DNA of 35,792 nucleotides from a virus. Taxonomy: Duplodnaviria > Caudoviricetes. The stretch is taken from IMG/VR virus record IMGVR_UViG_3300031784_002453, positions 1 through 35,792 of that record; one strand, written 5' to 3'. Position numbers and translations under genes: made by a program. The stretch's first letter is position 1; every line of letters starts with the position of its first letter. Shown here in pieces: positions 17,017 through 27,500 of the stretch. Below the pieces are notes generated by a model. That model saw only the letters and a program-made list of their open reading frames with translations, did not search any database and was not told where the DNA came from.

Positions 17017-19135
17017 TTTTTCTATAAATTACCTTATCAATTTGTTCTTTAACCATTTCAAATGTAATTTTAGAAGAACATTCGAAATCTTTGTTTCTTG
17101 GACACCAATCCCATTTACCCGTATCAAATTTAAAACTTGTATCATTCCAACAACTATTGCATACGTTTTTATTATGTACCCTATATGGAGTATAGAATTC
17201 TGATTTAGGATCTGAAAAACCTGAAATTAGAATGACGGGTTTATTAACCATCCACGCTAACCAAGATAAACCTGATCCCAATCCTATAAAAAATTCACAA
17301 AAATGAAGATCATTTATACGTTCAATTAATGGTAGTTCTCCGGTTTTATCAATAGTACCCTCTGGTATTTTATTATGATAAATTCCACTTCCTATGTTAT
17401 TTCCTTTATCTATGGAAACCACATCATATCCCAAAGAATTTAAATAAGTAACTACTTTAGTCCATCCGTCTTTGTTATTCCAGAATTTTGCTTGCGCTGT
17501 TGATAACGATCCAATACAAACATATTTTTTGTCAAAATTGTTTTTTAGATTCGTTGGCATTGTAAATTTAGGTTTCGTTGATAGACAATCTACTCCTAAT
17601 ATATTACTTGCCATTTGTTGTAAACTTTGCGTTCTCCAATCAATTGCGGCTGTTGATCGATCTTCTGGATCAAAACATCCAATCTTGTAAGAAGCAAAAT
17701 ATTCAGAATTGGAAACGTGATTATAATTGTAAAAATTTATATTTTCGTATTCAGATTGAAATAACTCTTTAAGAGGGGAATAGTAATCTACAATGCAATT
17801 ATGTTTCTTTTGAAATTCATCTACGCATGGAATCCAAGCTATTCCGTCACCAAGTGCTCCGGACTCATTAACAATTTTCACTCGTTTGCCATTTAAATTG
17901 AAATTATAAATTGTACAACTATTTGTTTCCAGATCAGTTACTTCAATTCTCCAATCAACAAAATACTTTATTATGGGTTTGGACCACATATTATTGGAAA
18001 TTGTGGATTCGTATATAACGTTATTATTTTTGTTATCTATAAACCTCACTTTGTATTTTTTAGAATGCGATCCAACGATTTCAACTTTACAGCCATCATT
18101 ATAATCAACCAAAATCTTATTAGTACCTGTTCTGACGGGTAAATGTTTAATAGTGGTCTCGGTATAAATTTTTAAAAGTTTATCTTTCATATTAACATTA
18201 GCATCCATATTATATCCCAATAACAAATTATTTTCTACTATTTTATTCCAATCTTTTTCTTTAGCTGTTTTTAAAGCTCTATCACGAAACTCGCTATAAT
18301 TGTTTATGACATCTGTGATTCCATTCACAATTACATTTATATCTCTGGTTATTTTACACAATCCATTTAGTTCATTATTATCTTCAAATGTCCCAACTAC
18401 TGGTAAACCAGATGCCATAGCCTCTAATAAAGTTAAATTTGGATGACCTGCTTCGGAGATAGAAGGATGTAAAAATATAGTATGTTTTCTATATAATTCT
18501 GACAATTCTTTTTCGGAAAGATTATATAATATCGTAAGTTTATCGTAATCCGAATTATAAGATTCAAAGAAATGTCTATTATTGTGAGGACCAGCCACAG
18601 TGATTGGAAGATTTAATGCTTTAGCCGCCTCAATCGCATAGGCAAATCCTTTTCTGTCCTCTGATTGATTATGTATAAATCCGTTGTTAGCAACACATAA
18701 CAGTTTATGATTATCGATAAGTTTATTCGATGATTGAAAAGTAAAATTATTGACTCCGTGGCTCAAATATTCAACGTTTGGAAGGTCAAAATACTCAACT
18801 AAATACTTTGCTGGAACAAAAGATTTAATGGAATATTTCATCGCTTTACGGTTTAAATCGAATATGTAAGAATCTTTTCCGTAAATGTAAGCGTGATGAT
18901 CGTGGAATGAAAAGTAGTAGGGAATTTTTCTTTCGTGTAATTCCAATGCTAAATTTGCAAGATGAACGTGTACAATGTCGTATCTATTAGGATCTATGTC
19001 ATTTAAATACAAAACGTCACACTTATGGCCTAACTTTTCTAAACAACATTTATATTCCCAAATTATTTTTTCAACAGCTCCCCATCCATTTGGTGGTATA
19101 GGATGAATCCCAGTATGAACTTGTACGATTTTCAT
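17000..19135 (-). CDS. Fusion of a GT4 glycosyltransferase and a full-length TibC/Aah-like O-heptosyltransferase, 711 aa
   Basis: N-half: IPPNGWGAVE, RKG and HPSISEAGHPNLTLLEAMASGLPVV (GT4). C-half: DYNDGCKV...KYFVDWRIEV, GALGDGIAWIP, STAQAKFWNN..GW, FFIGLGSGLSWLAW, ISGFS...EFYTPYRV and VCNSCWND...CPR..FECS. Confidence 0.88.
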   Translation of the reverse strand: MKIVQVHTGIHPIPPNGWGAVEKIIWEYKCCLEKLGHKCDVLYLNDIDPNRYDIVHVHLANLALELHERKIPYYFSFHDHHAYIYGKDSYIFDLNRKAMKYSIKSFVPAKYLVEYFDLPNVEYLSHGVNNFTFQSSNKLIDNHKLLCVANNGFIHNQSEDRKGFAYAIEAAKALNLPITVAGPHNNRHFFESYNSDYDKLTILYNLSEKELSELYRKHTIFLHPSISEAGHPNLTLLEAMASGLPVVGTFEDNNELNGLCKITRDINVIVNGITDVINNYSEFRDRALKTAKEKDWNKIVENNLLLGYNMDANVNMKDKLLKIYTETTIKHLPVRTGTNKILVDYNDGCKVEIVGSHSKKYKVRFIDNKNNNVIYESTISNNMWSKPIIKYFVDWRIEVTDLETNSCTIYNFNLNGKRVKIVNESGALGDGIAWIPCVDEFQKKHNCIVDYYSPLKELFQSEYENINFYNYNHVSNSEYFASYKIGCFDPEDRSTAAIDWRTQSLQQMASNILGVDCLSTKPKFTMPTNLKNNFDKKYVCIGSLSTAQAKFWNNKDGWTKVVTYLNSLGYDVVSIDKGNNIGSGIYHNKIPEGTIDKTGELPLIERINDLHFCEFFIGLGSGLSWLAWMVNKPVILISGFSDPKSEFYTPYRVHNKNVCNSCWNDTSFKFDTGKWDWCPRNKDFECSSKITFEMVKEQIDKVIYRKNEHGY

Positions 19136-19142
19136 TCTTTAT

Positions 19143-19171
19143 AGTATACTTATGTTAACAAAAAGTGTCAA
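19143..19171 (-). promoter_or_regulatory. Sigma70-type promoter TTGACA-17-TATACT
   Basis: -35 TTGACA (19171-19166), 17-nt spacer, -10 TATACT (19148-19143), 7 nt before the ATG at 19135. Confidence 0.8.
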
Positions 19172-19183
19172 CTTTTTATTATT

Positions 19184-20992
19184 TTAGTATTCGATTTTCG
19201 ACAAACTAGTTTCTTTGGTATTCAGATCTGTAATAGTCAATGTCGATTCTGAATTTGAAATCGAATATTTTTTGTAAAAATCTTTCTCTCCATGTTTTAT
19301 ATAAACATAATTGACTGTATCGGCGTTTTCTATGTAATGAACATTCCAACAATTTATACCGCCGGAGTTCATATATAAAGTATATGTTCCTCCATTTTTA
19401 TAAATGATGTAAAATTGAATCATTAATCCATTTTCATTTGCAAAATTTCTAGAAGAAAGACCCAATCTATTTTGTATAATTCCGTTGTTATACACATAAC
19501 ACACATCTGTTAACAACCCATCTACTAGACTGAAACAGTTTTGATGTACATTAAAATTGGTATCATAATACAAAGAATTTAGATCGGATGTATTGTGATA
19601 GTTAATATTTAATTTCTTATCATTTTTATAATATTCGACCATTAAATATATAAATGTTTCTAGCATTGTGCTTTTATTACAAATGCCTAAATTGCACAAT
19701 TCTTTCTTGTAATCAGATTCGTTTTTTATTTGACCAAAAACTTCTAAAAACTTCTTACAATCGTAGAACATCAAGTGTACAGAAATATCTGTGTAGTAAG
19801 AATATATGTTTCTTATTAAATCAAAATCATAACTTTTGTTTTCTAGATCGTGAATTACATTTTTTATATTTTCTATAGATTTAATTCCAAGTATATCATC
19901 GAATTCTATTCTCATTATATACTTAATATTATTTAACGATGCTACTTCACATCCTTTTATCATCGATCTCAAAACTGCTAAACCGTGTTTTTGAACTTCT
20001 TTAACTCCTAAATACAATGATAAATCTGGAGTCTTAGTGTAATGATACATTACTTCTACATCGGTATAAGAGTCTTCAAATAATTGATTTTCTTTATCAT
20101 AGTAAAATATATCTATTATGTCGTAAAATTGTTCAGGCAAAATTTTAGGAGAAGTGATTAAAACTTTAAATCCACATTGTTTAATAAATTTGATATTATC
20201 ATAAGCGATTTGTTCTAAATTGGGTTTATTTAGAAATAAATGTATGTGTACTATTATATTGTCCATTCTATTTGATAAATTATTTTTATATAAGTTGTAT
20301 CTGTTCAATAACTCATTGCGCATAGTATTGTTTATCTGATTTTTTTCTTCGACGCTTTTTTTAGAAAACATACTATTATTATGTATTCTATAAATTCCGA
20401 TACAACTATTTACGTCACAAAACGCTTTTTTATCATTTTTTAAACATTCAAAATTAAGCATCCAGTCGGGATAAACAGATCCGAATATATCTTTATTAAC
20501 TTTTAATCTTCTAAATATTCTACAAAAAGAAACATAATTTTCTGATAAAAGATTTTCAATGGTTATAATCTGTATAGGACTTGTCATCCAACAATTTTCT
20601 GGATATATACGACCCTCCTCTATATATCTATACCCACTGCAATATATATTAAAGTCGTTATTATTGTCAAGGAAGTCTATGGCTCTTTGAAAATAATCAT
20701 TGTCCGTCAAATAATCATCGGCATCAATATGGCAAAAATACTCACCTTTTGCATTGTCCATTAAAAACAGAATATTATTTAAAACTCCTAAATTTTTGGA
20801 ACAATCAAATACTCTAACCCTACTATCCCCAACATACTTTTCTTTTACAAAAGATTCAGTGCCATCATTAGATCCATCATCTCTGACTAAAATTTCGAAC
20901 GCAAAATTAGTTTTTTGAGATAATAACGAATCTAAACATTGCTGTATATAATGTTTATAATTATAACTTAGTAAAAGTATACTTAATTTCAT
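19184..20992 (-). CDS. GT2 family glycosyltransferase with a large uncharacterised C-terminal region, 602 aa
   Basis: SILLLSYNY...CLDSLLSQ...EILVRDDGSNDGT, NLG, GEYFCHIDADDY, DW and YRIH. The second half contains another GT-A-like segment (IEFDD). Confidence 0.88.
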   Translation of the reverse strand: MKLSILLLSYNYKHYIQQCLDSLLSQKTNFAFEILVRDDGSNDGTESFVKEKYVGDSRVRVFDCSKNLGVLNNILFLMDNAKGEYFCHIDADDYLTDNDYFQRAIDFLDNNNDFNIYCSGYRYIEEGRIYPENCWMTSPIQIITIENLLSENYVSFCRIFRRLKVNKDIFGSVYPDWMLNFECLKNDKKAFCDVNSCIGIYRIHNNSMFSKKSVEEKNQINNTMRNELLNRYNLYKNNLSNRMDNIIVHIHLFLNKPNLEQIAYDNIKFIKQCGFKVLITSPKILPEQFYDIIDIFYYDKENQLFEDSYTDVEVMYHYTKTPDLSLYLGVKEVQKHGLAVLRSMIKGCEVASLNNIKYIMRIEFDDILGIKSIENIKNVIHDLENKSYDFDLIRNIYSYYTDISVHLMFYDCKKFLEVFGQIKNESDYKKELCNLGICNKSTMLETFIYLMVEYYKNDKKLNINYHNTSDLNSLYYDTNFNVHQNCFSLVDGLLTDVCYVYNNGIIQNRLGLSSRNFANENGLMIQFYIIYKNGGTYTLYMNSGGINCWNVHYIENADTVNYVYIKHGEKDFYKKYSISNSESTLTITDLNTKETSLSKIEY

Positions 20993-20994
20993 TA

Positions 20995-21636
20995 TTATTT
21001 TATAGTCTTTTTAGTTTTGAAGACTGTAAATTCGGTTAGATCCCTATATCCGTTTATTTCTTGTACATCTGTAACGTGTTCTGGATAGTTTTGCATTAAC
21101 TCCAATCCTCTTGCTGCTAAGAGCGGAAACATATACATATTCCATCCACAAAATTCAATATCGTCTTGTTTATAAAACTTTTCGGATCTACCTTCATACC
21201 TAGCACGTTTAAACCAATTTACCGCATCTAAATTGTCTGTCAAAATCATACCACCTTTTCCAATCGCTAGTGGCTTTTTAATATGAAATGATAAACACAT
21301 GAATTGACCTGGGATATACATGTTGCTGGTCAATCTTTTTGCACTGTCCCATATTGGATATGGTTTTAATTGGTAGAGTCCACTCCAATGATTTGATTCT
21401 TCAGTTGTATCAAAAATAACATCTCCGCCTGAATGTATGATGGACATAGGCACAGACAAATATGTTTTCGATGGAATTATAACCTCTTTTACATTTAAAT
21501 ATTTACAACACAAAAACAAAGCATTTGTACAACTATCCACGGACACGGCATAAGGCGCACCTGTATAACCAGCTATTTCCTCTTCAAACATTTGTACAAC
21601 TTTGTATGGATTGTGAATCGTTTTTTTAGTAGACAT
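20995..21636 (-). CDS. DegT/DnrJ/EryC1/StrS family PLP-dependent sugar aminotransferase, short form, 213 aa
   Basis: FEEEIAGY.GAPYAVSVDSCTNAL, VIIPSKTY, WDSA, CLSFHIKKPLAIGKGGMILTD and GWNMYM. Confidence 0.85.
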   Translation of the reverse strand: MSTKKTIHNPYKVVQMFEEEIAGYTGAPYAVSVDSCTNALFLCCKYLNVKEVIIPSKTYLSVPMSIIHSGGDVIFDTTEESNHWSGLYQLKPYPIWDSAKRLTSNMYIPGQFMCLSFHIKKPLAIGKGGMILTDNLDAVNWFKRARYEGRSEKFYKQDDIEFCGWNMYMFPLLAARGLELMQNYPEHVTDVQEINGYRDLTEFTVFKTKKTIK

Positions 21637-21641
21637 ATAAT

Positions 21642-22043
21642 TTATATAACAGGCTCAAGTACAAAGTATTTAATTTTAAATCCGCATGACTCAAAAAGTT
21701 TTAAACTGGGTAGATTATCATATTTTATTTTGGCAAATACATTAGAATTCGTTTTCAAAAATTCACAGACCATGAACTTGGCTATTCCTTTATTTTTATA
21801 CTCATGATCTGTACAAATTCTTATATCCCCATCTATCTCCCCTATAAATCCAACCGGAATATTTTCCATTAAACAGATCTTATATTTATCACTATATTTT
21901 TTCATATATTCGATTTGTTGTTGTTCGGATATATCAGTTGTTTTTACAAAACCCGATAAATTTCTCGGATCGAGTCTCAAAAGACGAACGAACTGCCAAT
22001 ATTCGCTGGTACAATCGACAAGTTTTAAATTATCTATTTTCAT
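21642..22043 (-). CDS. GNAT family N-acetyltransferase, about 133 aa
   Basis: PVGFIG, EYKNKGIA (acetyl-CoA motif A) and NLPSLKLFESCGF. Likely start MKIDNL at 22043 (track start 22064). Confidence 0.8.
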   Translation of the reverse strand: MKIDNLKLVDCTSEYWQFVRLLRLDPRNLSGFVKTTDISEQQQIEYMKKYSDKYKICLMENIPVGFIGEIDGDIRICTDHEYKNKGIAKFMVCEFLKTNSNVFAKIKYDNLPSLKLFESCGFKIKYFVLEPVI

Positions 22044-24495
22044 ACACAAATAAAACATCATCAAATCTATTTTTAATGTGTCTTAGATCAATTAATTTAG
22101 AGTTTGGAGTTCTTTCTGCAAGTTTTAAGAAATAATCATATGCTTCTGGTGCAATGTCTTCTATTACCAGAATACCTCCTGGATTAAGTCTGTTTTTAAA
22201 CAATTCAAATGCTTTAATTTGGTGTTCTAACATGTGACTTGCATCGTCAACTACTATATCAAACATAATCGGAGATAGTATGGATTCATCACAATTATTT
22301 ATATCTTTACATACTAATGTTATATTATCATGTCTTACAAGATCATAACGTAAATTTTCAAGTGTAATGTCTATACCGTAAATATTCGATTTACTACCAA
22401 AATATTCAGACCAAAGTTTTAAACTTCCTCCGTGACAAAATCCAATTTCCAATAATTTTATATCTTTGTTTCTATATTTAGAAAACAAATTTTCATAAGT
22501 ATCCAAATATGAATGAAGCCAGAGCTTATCAGTGTCAAAATTATTAATAGTTTGTATTTCTGTTAATGTGAGATCATTCACATTTTCATCTTTATGTGCG
22601 TAAAGATAACTACAATTTTTGAAAATATTATCTCCAAATTTTACAGAGTATTTTTGATCTTTTAACTTTTTAATTAGTTTTTTTACTCCGGTAGATTTAT
22701 CCATTGATTGTAAATCATGATACTCAATTATAAAACTATCGACTTTATTAAAAATATCATCATCCATATTTTCTACGAGTTCATATTCCATACCCTCAAT
22801 GTCAATCTTGATCAAGTCTACTTTGTCAATATTATTTTGAATAAAGATTTGTTTTAGTGTGATAGAATCAACGTCATAAAAGTTAGATGTATTTCTCTTA
22901 GCAGAACTTACTAATGTATTATTTGGATCTAAATACAACCTTAACTTATCATTGTTAGTGGATACTGCCAAATTGTTTAAAGATACTGAATTATTATTTT
23001 TGTAGTTCTTAGAAAGAGATGCAAATGCTGATTTATTTGGTTCATAACAAAAAACTTTTTTTGCATTTTTACATAACATGTATTTTGTGAATAAACCAAC
23101 ATTGGCGCCTATATCGATGACAACATTTAAATTGTCTAAGTTTAGACTATTATAAATACCGTCTACAAAAAACTCTTTATAGTTCATATAAATTGGCTCT
23201 TCGTTAGTGAAATCTACGATTGGCTTATTTACTGATATATCTCTATATTTTATATTTTTCTCAAACACTAAATTGTTTTCTGAAAATATTTGAATTAAAT
23301 ATCCACCAAACGTTGGTTCGGATGCAAAGTGTGTTATATGAAGTGGTAGAGGAATAGTCCAAAAACTAGTAGACGGGTTTATTAATCCCATATTATTAGA
23401 ATAGATACACGCTCTTGAATCCATATCTTTGATAGATAATAGACAACTATTCAACGATGTTGATCCAAGATAATCTAATACTATTTTATTTTCTTCGTCC
23501 ACAGTTGCGACTCTGAATAATTCATTAGAACTGTTACGTGTGTCGGGTAAGAATGACTTTATAATCTGAATATTGTCTTCTTCAGATTGTTTTAACCAAG
23601 TTATATTCTTGTATTTATCATACATTCCACAATATACTGGTAAATTATATAACAGTAGAGGTAAATTCCATCCTATAGCTTCTCTAATGACCAATGGACT
23701 TGTTTCTTTATCGTTTGCCGTGCCTCTGGAAGTAAAGAGAAAAACATCTATTGCATTGTAAAATGTATCTACATCTCTACGTTCTCCCCACCATTTACAA
23801 TTATGTGGAAAATCTTTCATCAACGGTTCCCAATAAGATCTAAAATTATCAGCTTGATTTCCAACAAAATGGAATTGTACTGGATAATTTAATAGTTGTT
23901 TGGCATATCTAATTATTTCTGCTTGATTTTTTCTAGAAGTAAACAATCCGACATTCAAAAAGTGAATTTTATTTGGATCTAAACCCAAATCATTTAATGC
24001 TTTAGTTCTATCCGTCTTAGTTTTGTATTCAATTGGATATTCCACAACATCTGATTTAACTCCTAATGGCGACATTAATTCCTTTTGGTATTCGCTTACA
24101 AACGCAAATCTATCTGGAATAAACATCTTATTATTCGGATCAAAGCTACTATCATGAGATGTTTCTATAATCTTGTACGTTCTATTTTCAACATATATAC
24201 GTTTAGCTACTTCGATATCACAAAAATATTCGGGGAGTTCTTCAAAATGAATTACATCCGGATTTATATTTTTAATATGTTCTATTAAAGTAGACTTATC
24301 TTCATACAACGTAATCAATTTGGGGCCTAATATTTCTTTGATTTGATTTCTCTGTACAACTAAAACTCCACCTGTAACGTCTGTGTATTCTATACAATAC
24401 ACTTCATTTGAATCCTTTAATTCTACGATTTTTTTAAGAAGATATTGAGGACATCCTCCTGTGGACAAATGTGGTGCTATAAATAATATTTTCAT
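22030..24495 (-). CDS. Multidomain protein: GT4-like glycosyltransferase + FkbM methyltransferase + class I SAM (sugar O-) methyltransferase, 821 aa
   Basis: MKILFIAPHLSTGG, NVGLFTSRKNQ, ETSPLVIREAIG (GT-B); IDIGANVGLF, YEPN, IKIDIEGMEY, IEYH (FkbM); TDK..HSY, LLEIG..GGSL..WSEYF, DIVVDDASH, LNPGGILVIEDI (second methyltransferase). Confidence 0.88.
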   Translation of the reverse strand: MKILFIAPHLSTGGCPQYLLKKIVELKDSNEVYCIEYTDVTGGVLVVQRNQIKEILGPKLITLYEDKSTLIEHIKNINPDVIHFEELPEYFCDIEVAKRIYVENRTYKIIETSHDSSFDPNNKMFIPDRFAFVSEYQKELMSPLGVKSDVVEYPIEYKTKTDRTKALNDLGLDPNKIHFLNVGLFTSRKNQAEIIRYAKQLLNYPVQFHFVGNQADNFRSYWEPLMKDFPHNCKWWGERRDVDTFYNAIDVFLFTSRGTANDKETSPLVIREAIGWNLPLLLYNLPVYCGMYDKYKNITWLKQSEEDNIQIIKSFLPDTRNSSNELFRVATVDEENKIVLDYLGSTSLNSCLLSIKDMDSRACIYSNNMGLINPSTSFWTIPLPLHITHFASEPTFGGYLIQIFSENNLVFEKNIKYRDISVNKPIVDFTNEEPIYMNYKEFFVDGIYNSLNLDNLNVVIDIGANVGLFTKYMLCKNAKKVFCYEPNKSAFASLSKNYKNNNSVSLNNLAVSTNNDKLRLYLDPNNTLVSSAKRNTSNFYDVDSITLKQIFIQNNIDKVDLIKIDIEGMEYELVENMDDDIFNKVDSFIIEYHDLQSMDKSTGVKKLIKKLKDQKYSVKFGDNIFKNCSYLYAHKDENVNDLTLTEIQTINNFDTDKLWLHSYLDTYENLFSKYRNKDIKLLEIGFCHGGSLKLWSEYFGSKSNIYGIDITLENLRYDLVRHDNITLVCKDINNCDESILSPIMFDIVVDDASHMLEHQIKAFELFKNRLNPGGILVIEDIAPEAYDYFLKLAERTPNSKLIDLRHIKNRFDDVLFVYENR

Positions 24496-24503
24496 AGATT
24501 ATA

Positions 24504-27500
24504 CTATTTATATACTACTTTACTAAATCCATTATCTTTTTTTATTTCAATTTGTTCGTCTACCATATCTCTCATCTGATCCAAATGGCTAATTACCCAA
24601 ATAAAATCAAATTGATGTTTTAAATATGAGAACAAAGCACCCATCTGACCTAAATGATCGCTATCAGCACAGCCAAATCCTTCATCTATACAAATAATAT
24701 TTGGTCTTGGTAGATTACTAATATTGATTAATGCTACTCTGATAGCCAAACCACTAACAAACTTCTCCATGCCACTTGCCATTTCTAATGGCCAACGTTT
24801 ATCGTCATAAACGATATTAGTCATTATGTTCTTTCCATCAGTTTGTAGAGTGATGGTAAATTCTACAATCTGTTGAAGAATGTTATTAACTTCTTTCTCA
24901 ATTTCAGGTAGAGTCTTAGTGATAATTTCATATGGAATACCATCACGACTTATAATATTAGTATACAACTTATATGCCTCATACGAGTCTTCCAACTCTT
25001 TTACTTTGTTTAGTTGATCGGTTGTATTCTTGTATTGAAGCTCCAACTTTCCTTTTTCAGTAGAAGCTGAAAACAATCGACTATTAATATTTTTAATATC
25101 TGTTTCAATTGATTTTATAATATTTTTAACTTCGTTTATTTCTTTTAATAATTTAGAGTTGTTTTCAATGATATCTTTGTTCTTATAAAAAATATCAATA
25201 TTGTCCACAACAGTCTTTAACTTATTCTGACGGGTAATCAAAACATTTTCATCACGCAATATTGCAGTAGACAAAACTTCTCTTGATTTTTCCAATTTAA
25301 CTTTTTCCGAATTAACTCGTTGGCATTCTTTGTAACGAAGATCTATATCGCCAAATGATTCTAATTTCTTCTTGATAGAATTGTATTCGTCAACCAAAAC
25401 TTTTCCTTTGTTTTTGTCAGATTCAATCTCTTCTTTTGTTTTGATAGCATCTTTCACGAATACGTTATTAACGCAATAAGTACAGTTTGGATCGTATTTA
25501 TGATCTTCCAACTTTTTAAGCTTGTCGATTTTATTCTTGACAACAACTTTAAGTTTGTCTATCTCAGATGATTTTTTAACTTCCTCATCTTTGCAAGACT
25601 TATATTGCTCGTATTCATCATCGATATTCTCACAAGCTTTTAATGATGATGACAAGTTACTCAGCTGTAATTCTATTTCAGCAAATTTAGTCTTTTTTAG
25701 ACCAATATCGACTTGACAAGAAGAAATACTGTTATCAAGATTTACTTTTTCTTCTTCTAATACAGTTATATCAAAATCAAATGATGCAGTTTTTACAATG
25801 TCATTAGACAACTCTAATAATTTATTGTTATGCGTTTCCTTTGAAGTTTCATACTCTTTGATTTTATCATTGCACTCTGATATTTTGATGTTATTTGAAT
25901 CAATACTACCAGATACATTCTGTAACTCCTCAATTAACTGATCTTTACTAATATTCTTAAGTAGTGTATTTGTTTCTTTGAATTTATCATTCGCAATTGT
26001 ATACAACTGATCAAATACAGTTAAACCCATAAATTGGCACAGTAGATCCTTACGTTCAGTTTGACCCAAATCAATAAATGACCCAGATTTGCTATTTTGG
26101 ATACTCAGAACTGTAAGAATAAAATCCTCATATGTACCAACGTAATCACGAATGATATCATTTGTACTTCTACGAGCTTCTCCATTCAATGGAACTTCTT
26201 CGCCATTTTCAATTTTATAAAACTTAACATCAACTTTGACATTTCCTTTTTTATCGGCTTTACCATCTCTTTCGATGAAATAATCTACTCCGTTTACTTC
26301 AAAGTTGAACTTACAACGAAAGCTCATTTTCTGAGTATTCAATACATGGACTGCTTTATATCCTTTACTGAATTTATCAAATACGCAAAATGCCAAGGCA
26401 TCCATGATGCTGGATTTACCACTTGCGTTAGGCGCAAATAATCCAATTGTACCCTTTAGTTTGGTAAAGTCAATTACGTTTCCTTCTCCATAACTAAACA
26501 TATTGTCAAATTCAAATACTTTTGGTTTCCAACGAATGTTCTTTGGAGCTTTATCTTTTGGAATTTCCAAATTAATGGTTTTGTTCAACTCTTTGACTTT
26601 ATAGACGAGATCAGCGGAGACGTTCTTTGAAAGAAGATTTTCTTCAATTAATTTATTTTGATAATCCACATCAAAAATATTGTGGATGTCAAATATCTGA
26701 CCAGATTTTAAAGTTAAATCAGTTGTGGGTTCATCAATCCGATTGAATGTAGTTTCGATGATGTCACATTTATTCTTTACTTCGTTAATAATCTCTTTTA
26801 CCTGAGATGGAATGGATTCACAACAAAGTGTACGAATACGAACTTTCTTAGGGATGTCACTGATGTCAGTTATTAACTTGCCCTTATTGATTTCAATAGT
26901 GTAAAATCCATAATCATTTTTTAATTCATAGTGTTTATAGATCTTTCTCTTTAGATCCCACATCAAAAATCCGTGTCCTTTGAGTTCTTCACCATGATTT
27001 TGTTGAATCATAGATCCGGCATATACAATAATTGGTTTGTTTTCATTATCATCAAACTCTTGTAGAATCTGATGTTTATGAATATCACCCAACATTGCAA
27101 TATGATGTCCATCAAACAATTCGTTTGTAATAGCACGATTGCTAACAGTATACCCAACGTCAGTAACTGCATTATTTACCGGACCATGAAATAATGCGAT
27201 ATGATGATCAGTCTCGACACGATATTTAGATGGAATATCCTCGTATCTTATGTACTTATCTGGATCATCAAATACACTAAAATTGTTAAATAGTATGTTT
27301 TCAAATCTATAAACTTCTGTGTTCTTAAGATAATATAAATTTGAATGGTTTAAACTATCCACGATTGGAGTTAAACAATCTAATCTAGACTTGTTAGCTA
27401 ACGTAGCGTCATGGTTACCAGCTGTCAAAATAACAGGAACTCTATCAGCGCAGTTTTTCAAAAAATCACTGCCGATCTTAACGCACTCGGGACTCAAATC

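Noticed and set aside
16171-24495. Reading the island as a bacterial LPS/capsule locus or chimeric assembly
   Set aside because: No flippase, polymerase or membrane proteins are present, and it joins phage genes seamlessly on both sides (8 nt from the nuclease gene). Read-level checks were not possible.
973-26441. Many short ORFs in the track (e.g. 973-1197, 1563-1931, 2010-2348, 2712-2996, 6675-6932, 9307-9714, 14083-14379, 26097-26441)
   Set aside because: They are antisense or off-frame shadows of well-supported genes, with no motifs or start signals.
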